From: Acidimicrobiia bacterium
GTDB taxonomy: Bacteria; Acidobacteriota; Terriglobia; Versatilivoradales; Versatilivoraceae
Length of the DNA: 43,139 nucleotides
NCBI GenBank assembly: GCA_016871215.1
Contig: VFZK01000002.1
Span: forward strand, 1-43,139
Direction: 5' to 3'
Shown one piece after another: positions 38,381 to 43,139 of the stretch. How positions within the stretch are numbered: the stretch's first letter is position 1; each line of letters starts with the position of its first letter. Both the position numbers and the translations under genes were made by a program. Below the pieces are notes generated by a model. The model saw only the letters and a program-made list of their open reading frames with translations, was not told the origin of the DNA and made no database searches.

Positions 38381-38779
38381 CTAGCTCTCCTCCATGACGA
38401 TCGTTGGCCTCGGCTTGGCGATTAGTTCCCAGGTCAACTCCGTCTCTCCTACGGACATTCCATCGAAAAAGACTCTCATCTGCTCAACGAACGCGGCGAC
38501 ATCGAGCCCGAGAAATCTCTCCGGCAGCTGCCTGAACTGCACCGCCGCCTTGTGAAAACAGCTCAAGGCGCCCTCCAGATTCTCGTTGCCGAAGTGGTAG
38601 AGAGAAACGGCCGACATGATCAGCGCTTGGTAAAAGATCTTGTTCTTCCCTTTGGCATCTCCCCAGATCTCTTCCCAAACGTCATGGCACTCAAAGTAAA
38701 AGCCGCGGTTGAAGAGATCCAGCCCTTCGTAAAACTCGGTTGGATGAAGCTTCGTTGGGTTTGTCGGCAGCTCGGCCAT
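38381..38779 (-). CDS. DUF309 domain-containing protein
   Basis: LFNRGFYFECHDVWEEIW...YQALIMSAVSLYHFGNENLEGA matches the DUF309 pattern. The start is taken at MAELPT, because the longer track start overlaps the divergent gene. Confidence 0.65.
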   Translation of the reverse strand: MAELPTNPTKLHPTEFYEGLDLFNRGFYFECHDVWEEIWGDAKGKNKIFYQALIMSAVSLYHFGNENLEGALSCFHKAAVQFRQLPERFLGLDVAAFVEQMRVFFDGMSVGETELTWELIAKPRPTIVMEES

Positions 38780-38853
38780 TCGATTCCGATAGAATCCAAA
38801 GCTGATGTTAGTATAGGCAGTGTGTTCAATTCTGCAAGGGAGCGGCTGAATCG

Positions 38854-39768
38854 ATGAGAACTCGCGTGCCAATCGCAGCGACACGTCTGGTAATAGCTCT
38901 GGCTTTGCTGGTCTGCCACCCCCTGTTCGCGCAGTCCGACCGCGCGGTTGAGCAGAAAATCATCGATTATCTGAAGGCCAACCTCAAGGCCGGAGAGCCG
39001 GTGATCGTCAGCAAACTTCACAATGAAGTGTTCACATCGCCAGAGGAACGCAAAGCGCTCGACCGGCTGTACAACATCTTCTTCAAGGTACCGGCCTACA
39101 TCGCCCAATACTACGCTTCGTCGAACAAGCCACCCAGCCTCGAGGAGATCGCGCGCCAGTTCAACCTGCCGATCGAAGGCGAAGTGGATGTCATTCTGAA
39201 GATCGTCGAATACGACCGGCGAGTGCCGAGGTTCTTGACTCGCGATTCCAAGACGGGCGAAATCGCGCAGGTCGATATCGAAAAGGTCAGGGCGGACCCG
39301 CGCTTCAACCGGGTGATTGAGCGAACCATCGCCGGATGGGAGGGTAAGTTAGCACCCCCGTTCGACGTTCAGGCGCTCGACGGAAAGCAGCTGAGCTCGT
39401 CGCATCTGAAAGGCAAAGCGCATCTGGTCTACTTCTGGTTCACCCACTGTCCGCCCTGCGTCCAGATTACGCCGCATCTGGTTTCGTTACAGCGCAAGTT
39501 CGCCAGCCGCGGCTTCAGCGTGGTTGGGCTCAACGCCGACAGAATTCTCGAACTGGGTTACGACGACTCAGAGCGCCAGGCCTATGCGGAAAAGCACCGA
39601 GTTAACTTCCCGATTGGGCACCTTTCGCCTGAGGTCCAGGCCGCCTACGGCGGGGTGCAGCTTTTTCCGACGCTGTTTCTGGTGGACAAGAGTGGAGTGA
39701 TCCGGGCGCACTTTGTCAATTATCAGGACGAAGTCGCGCTCCAGCGGGCCATCGAGAAGCTGCTCTAG
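38854..39768 (+). CDS. Secreted TlpA-family thiol:disulfide oxidoreductase (thioredoxin fold) with N-terminal extension domain
   Basis: Signal peptide MRTRVPIAATRLVIALALLVCHPLFA. The C-terminal thioredoxin fold has the WFTHCPPCVQ (CxxC) active site. Confidence 0.75.
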   Translation: MRTRVPIAATRLVIALALLVCHPLFAQSDRAVEQKIIDYLKANLKAGEPVIVSKLHNEVFTSPEERKALDRLYNIFFKVPAYIAQYYASSNKPPSLEEIARQFNLPIEGEVDVILKIVEYDRRVPRFLTRDSKTGEIAQVDIEKVRADPRFNRVIERTIAGWEGKLAPPFDVQALDGKQLSSSHLKGKAHLVYFWFTHCPPCVQITPHLVSLQRKFASRGFSVVGLNADRILELGYDDSERQAYAEKHRVNFPIGHLSPEVQAAYGGVQLFPTLFLVDKSGVIRAHFVNYQDEVALQRAIEKLL

Positions 39769-40400
39769 CGCATCATGAGAAACGGATTCAGCTGTCTTTC
39801 TGCCCCGATGGTGGTGGGCTGGCCGTGGCCAGGATAGACTACGGTCCTGTCGTCCAAGGTTAGAAGCTTGCTCTGTAGCGAACGGAAGATCGCTTCCTGA
39901 GATCCACCCCAGAGGTCAGTCCTGCCAATACTTCGAAAAAACAGCGTGTCCCCGGAAAACAACCGGCCGCTTCCCTCTGGCAGGTGCAGGCAAATGCTTC
40001 CCGGCGTGTGACCGGGAGTGAACAGAACCTCGCCGCTGTGTTGCCCAAACCGCAGCTGGTCGCGGTCGGCAACGAAATTGTCGATGCTCGAAAGGGGAGG
40101 GGTTGCTACGCCAAGCCAGGCGGCTTGCATGGGTAGGTTCTGGTAAAGCGTTAGGTCTTTCTCGTGCAGCAACGCGTCCGCTCCGGTGGCCTCCTTGAGC
40201 GCCTGCAAGTCGCCCACATGATCGATGTGCGCGTGGGTGCTAAGAATGTATCTGACGCGCAGCCGATGTTTGGCGATGAGCGGCAGGATAAGATCCGCTT
40301 CCTCGCCCGGATCGATGAGCAGGGCCTCGCGCGTTTCCTCACACCCCAAGATATAGCAGTTGCATTGCAACGGCCCGACGGCAACCGACTCGAAAATCAC
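39765..40400 (-). CDS. MBL-fold metallo-hydrolase (glyoxalase II-like)
   Basis: LSTHAHIDHVGD (HxHxDH), TPGHTPGS and GDTLF. Its stop overlaps the convergent TlpA stop. Confidence 0.85.
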   Translation of the reverse strand: MIFESVAVGPLQCNCYILGCEETREALLIDPGEEADLILPLIAKHRLRVRYILSTHAHIDHVGDLQALKEATGADALLHEKDLTLYQNLPMQAAWLGVATPPLSSIDNFVADRDQLRFGQHSGEVLFTPGHTPGSICLHLPEGSGRLFSGDTLFFRSIGRTDLWGGSQEAIFRSLQSKLLTLDDRTVVYPGHGQPTTIGAERQLNPFLMMR

Positions 40401-40637
40401 GAATCCTCCCGAGAGTTGGCACGAGATCCGTACTCGACGCGACCGGACATATTCTAGTCCAGGGCAAGCCGATCTTCGACCAAATACTTCCGTGGAGAAT
40501 TAGGTAGTAAACCGCGACGGCATTGCATGCGCGCTGTGGAGACGCCTGTGGCTGGCTTGCCGAAACGGAGCCTGGGAGCCCCCGCGTGGCTCATTGCAAA
40601 CGTTGTCCCTGGTTCAGTTGATCCTGCCCCGGCTGCG

Positions 40638-41324
40638 TCATCGCTCCGATAATATGCGCGCCACCTCATCAGGTTGATTGGAAACGATGCCATCGACCTG
40701 ATAGTCGATCATCTTTCGAATGATGTTGGGACGATCTACTGTCCACGCAAAGACTCGGCCGAAATCACGATGCAAGCTGAGCACGCGCGAGGCGGTCAAG
40801 CACTGGAAATCCAGACAGACGTCCTCGAAGCGGAGCCCGGCGCTTCGCGCCTTTGCCAGCTTGGCGATTGTCGTTGAAACCACCCCGAGGCGGAGGGTCG
40901 GGCCGCACTGCTGCAGCTTTCGCAACAGGCTCAAGTCGAAAGAGGTCGTTAGAACCTCACGGCGCTTCGCTTCCCGCTCGAGCAGTCTTGCCAGCTTCTG
41001 ATAACTTCGAGCTGCCTTGATCTCGACCATCATCCCAACAGCTTGCGGCACTGCGGCAAACGTCTGCGAGAGCGTCAGAAGCCGATGACCGCCGGCGAGC
41101 TCGATTGACAGCAAAACGCTGGAATGCGTTCGGCGAACCACATCGCGGCGGGAGGAGATGCGCCCGAGATGGGTATCGTGAATGACAATGAATTCACCAT
41201 CCAGAGACTCGTGCAGGTCCAATTCGATCATGCCGGCGCCAAGCTGCACGGCTGCTGCGAAAGAAGCGGCCGTATTCTCCAGCACGTGGGCGGCGGCGCC
41301 CCGATGTCCGACGATGAGTGGCAT
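40638..41324 (-). CDS. Glycerophosphodiester phosphodiesterase (GDPD) family protein
   Basis: MPLIVGHRGA, IELDLHESLDGEFIVIHD and VFAWTVD. Its ATG overlaps the stop of the upstream gene. Confidence 0.8.
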   Translation of the reverse strand: MPLIVGHRGAAAHVLENTAASFAAAVQLGAGMIELDLHESLDGEFIVIHDTHLGRISSRRDVVRRTHSSVLLSIELAGGHRLLTLSQTFAAVPQAVGMMVEIKAARSYQKLARLLEREAKRREVLTTSFDLSLLRKLQQCGPTLRLGVVSTTIAKLAKARSAGLRFEDVCLDFQCLTASRVLSLHRDFGRVFAWTVDRPNIIRKMIDYQVDGIVSNQPDEVARILSER

Positions 41325-42106
41325 CAAGCGGTCTTTTTGCGGCTCAGCAGTGTGCTGAGGAATCCACCGGGCTTGCGATAGGCAACTGGATGGATTTTGA
41401 TGATATCGAAGCTGGGGCTCAAGTCGAAATCCTTGGGCTGAATGTGGGAGTGATGGTAGGCGACGATCGTCTTGGTGGACGGGTCGTAGTAGTGCAGAAC
41501 GTCGAGGCCGACCCGCGCGAAAGCTGCTGCCAAGAGGCTCGAGCAAGTAAACTTGCCGCTGCCCGCCTCGCCGATGTCGCGGGTAGGCGGAACCTGTTCC
41601 TCAAACGGCAGGCTTATGAACTGTAGCACGTTCTCCAAATCGTAGGAAACGCCAACCTTGCCAAGCGCCCATTGGATGACGGTTTCGCGCTGTAGCCGGG
41701 CCAGGGTGCGAGGCCGGCAGATCCGAAGGTTGCAGCCCTCGTACTTCGAGAGGCTGCCAAGGATCACGCCTCTTCCGATGATCGCTTCTACCAAGGTGGG
41801 GTTTTCCTCGATGAAGGTCTTGGGAGCCATCGCAGTCGCGCGAGGCTGGTCGCCGACGAAGAGCGCGCAGTGGCTCCATGTATGCGAGCTGTAGACCTTG
41901 ATCCAGTCGCTGACGCCATGGTCGCCCTCGACCAGCAAGACGTCGCCTGGAAGCAGCCTGCGCTTCAGATACTGCAAGTCGTTCGGATAGTGTAGCTTAT
42001 AGATCTGCTTGCGCTTATTGACTCGCCTGACCAGGAAAGTGCCCAGCTTGAGTTTCGAAGCTCGCAGGAGCGAGCTCTTCAGTTTTCGTGCAAGCCGCGC
42101 GCTCAT
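41324..42106 (-). CDS. YiiX-like permuted papain / NlpC-P60 superfamily protein
   Basis: LLPGDVLLVEG...SHTWSHCALFVG (His before Cys), VEAIIGRGVILGSL, YDLENV and GKFTCSSLLAAAF. This is the permuted order of catalytic residues seen in the YiiX/DUF830-type family. The family assignment is from memory. Confidence 0.55.
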   Translation of the reverse strand: MSARLARKLKSSLLRASKLKLGTFLVRRVNKRKQIYKLHYPNDLQYLKRRLLPGDVLLVEGDHGVSDWIKVYSSHTWSHCALFVGDQPRATAMAPKTFIEENPTLVEAIIGRGVILGSLSKYEGCNLRICRPRTLARLQRETVIQWALGKVGVSYDLENVLQFISLPFEEQVPPTRDIGEAGSGKFTCSSLLAAAFARVGLDVLHYYDPSTKTIVAYHHSHIQPKDFDLSPSFDIIKIHPVAYRKPGGFLSTLLSRKKTA

Positions 42107-42306
42107 TCGGCATCTCCGTCTAAGGTACTTTCGAGTGAGAGTCCGGTTTTTGCATATCGGTTGCCAGAGCTGCCGCAGATCGAATAAGCTTTGGTGCTTC
42201 GGCTAATCGAAGTCGGAGCGAGACGTTCTAAGGCTTTCATTCGCCGTCCTTTTCTGACTGGTATGGGTCACTGGCCCACTCCGGTAGTCGAAGCTCAGCG
42301 GGCGAC

Positions 42307-42975
42307 ATGCTTCCTTCGAAGGGCTCGAAATTGTTGAATGGCAGACCATTAGCAGTATTCAGCGATTTCGACGGCACCATTGCCCATCCCGACACCATCA
42401 ATTTCCTCACCGAGCGCTTCGCCGGGGCCGAGTTTCGGCAGGAGATCGCGCGCCAGATTTTCTCCGGCCAGCTCTCATTGCGTGACGCCATCCAGCGGGA
42501 AGTGGGTGTCATCCAGGGTACCTTGGAGGAAGTGTTGGGCCTGCTGGTCAGGAACGTCGAGGTGGATCGTAGCTTTGCTGACTTTGCCCTTTGGTGCTTC
42601 CAACAGGGAATCCCGCTGACCGTGCTGAGCGGTGGTATGAGGCAGGTCATCGAAACGCTCCTTCGACCCTTGAATCTGCCCAACGTGCGGGTGCTCGCGA
42701 ATGAGGTCAGGGTCGAGCAGAACCGCTGGCGGCTTGAGTTTCTCGACGCAACAGAGTGGGGCCACGACAAGGGCGCTGCCTTGCGCCAGGCCAGGAATAC
42801 GGGCCAGTCAACGGTATTTCTAGGGGACGGATTTTCGGATCGTCGAGCGGCTGCAGAGGCCGACGTGGTATTCGCGAAGGCCGGGTTGGCGCGTTTTTGC
42901 CAGCAAGAGGGCATCGCCTTTCGCGAGTTCGCCGATTTCTCCGAAGTGCTGAGCGTCCTGCGCCAAACGGAATAG
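42307..42975 (+). CDS. HAD-IB family phosphatase (MtnX / phosphoserine-phosphatase-like)
   Basis: Motif I VFSDFDGTI, motif II LSGG, and motif IV FLGDGFSD. Confidence 0.75.
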   Translation: MLPSKGSKLLNGRPLAVFSDFDGTIAHPDTINFLTERFAGAEFRQEIARQIFSGQLSLRDAIQREVGVIQGTLEEVLGLLVRNVEVDRSFADFALWCFQQGIPLTVLSGGMRQVIETLLRPLNLPNVRVLANEVRVEQNRWRLEFLDATEWGHDKGAALRQARNTGQSTVFLGDGFSDRRAAAEADVVFAKAGLARFCQQEGIAFREFADFSEVLSVLRQTE

Positions 42976-43020
42976 TATTCCACAACCGGCTTGTAACCTT
43001 GCCGAGCTCTGTGATGCTAC

Positions 43021-43139
43021 CAGGGCCCCGTCAAAGTCTCGTAAGTCCTTGAGTCGAGGTCGAGCCCTTGCTAACGCGCGGACTACTGATTTTGTCGATG
43101 CGGCTATTCAGTAAGCCCGACCGTCAGGGAAGGCTCACG
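43021..43139 (-). mobile_element. MITE-like element copy B, inverted relative to copy A and cut by the window end
   Basis: CAGGGCCCCGTCAAAGTCTCGTAAGTCCTTGAGTCGAGGTCGAGCCCTTGCTAACGCGCGG... aligns along its full visible length to the reverse complement of 35459-35592. By hand alignment roughly nine in ten positions are identical, with two small indels. Confidence 0.65.

Noticed and set aside
40440-40637. Possible fifth, highly decayed copy of the MITE-like element (GGCAAGCCGATCTTCGACCAAATA compared with GGCAAGGGCTCGACCTCGAC)
   Set aside because: The similarity is limited to about 20 nt with several mismatches and no recognisable termini. I cannot distinguish it from chance by eye.

Overview
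GC-rich bacterial chromosomal window, about 45 genes, mostly housekeeping. The gene content (Gfo/Idh/MocA plus TIM-barrel isomerase pair, futalosine-pathway MqnE, Rex, several outer-membrane beta-barrels, TPR proteins) makes me guess an Acidobacteria-like organism, but that is only a guess. The core is a 14-kb run of 16 same-strand amino-acid biosynthesis genes, 10100-24063: hisC-hisB-hisH, hisA, hisF, hisIE, trpE-G-D-C-F-B-A, an AroQ chorismate mutase, and a type I-beta DAHP synthase. Flanking genes include a sugar isomerase/oxidoreductase pair, an EamA transporter, a CDGSH protein, a GGDEF cyclase, CoA-transferase A/B, an S9 peptidase, MqnE, Rex, a TlpA-like redoxin, an MBL hydrolase, GDPD and a HAD-IB phosphatase. 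I saw no rRNA, tRNA or CRISPR array. Points beyond routine annotation: (1) a roughly 133-bp MITE-like palindromic element occurs at least 4 times, and one copy has 16-bp perfect terminal inverted repeats and an 11-bp flanking direct repeat; (2) an outer-membrane porin gene is frameshifted at a 5-nt homopolymer; (3) a near-consensus sigma-54 -24/-12 promoter with an upstream 8-4-8 palindrome precedes an uncharacterised pair, a Cys-rich small protein plus a membrane polyferredoxin; (4) a YprA/MrfA-type DUF1998 helicase is paired with a YprB/MrfB-type RNase H-like exonuclease; (5) an orphan protein of about 540 aa has a C-terminal RecB-like PD-(D/E)xK nuclease domain; (6) the his/trp cluster contains long unexplained non-coding spacers. 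I cannot show from sequence alone that any of these is a truly undescribed multi-gene system. The best candidates are items 1, 3 and 5.
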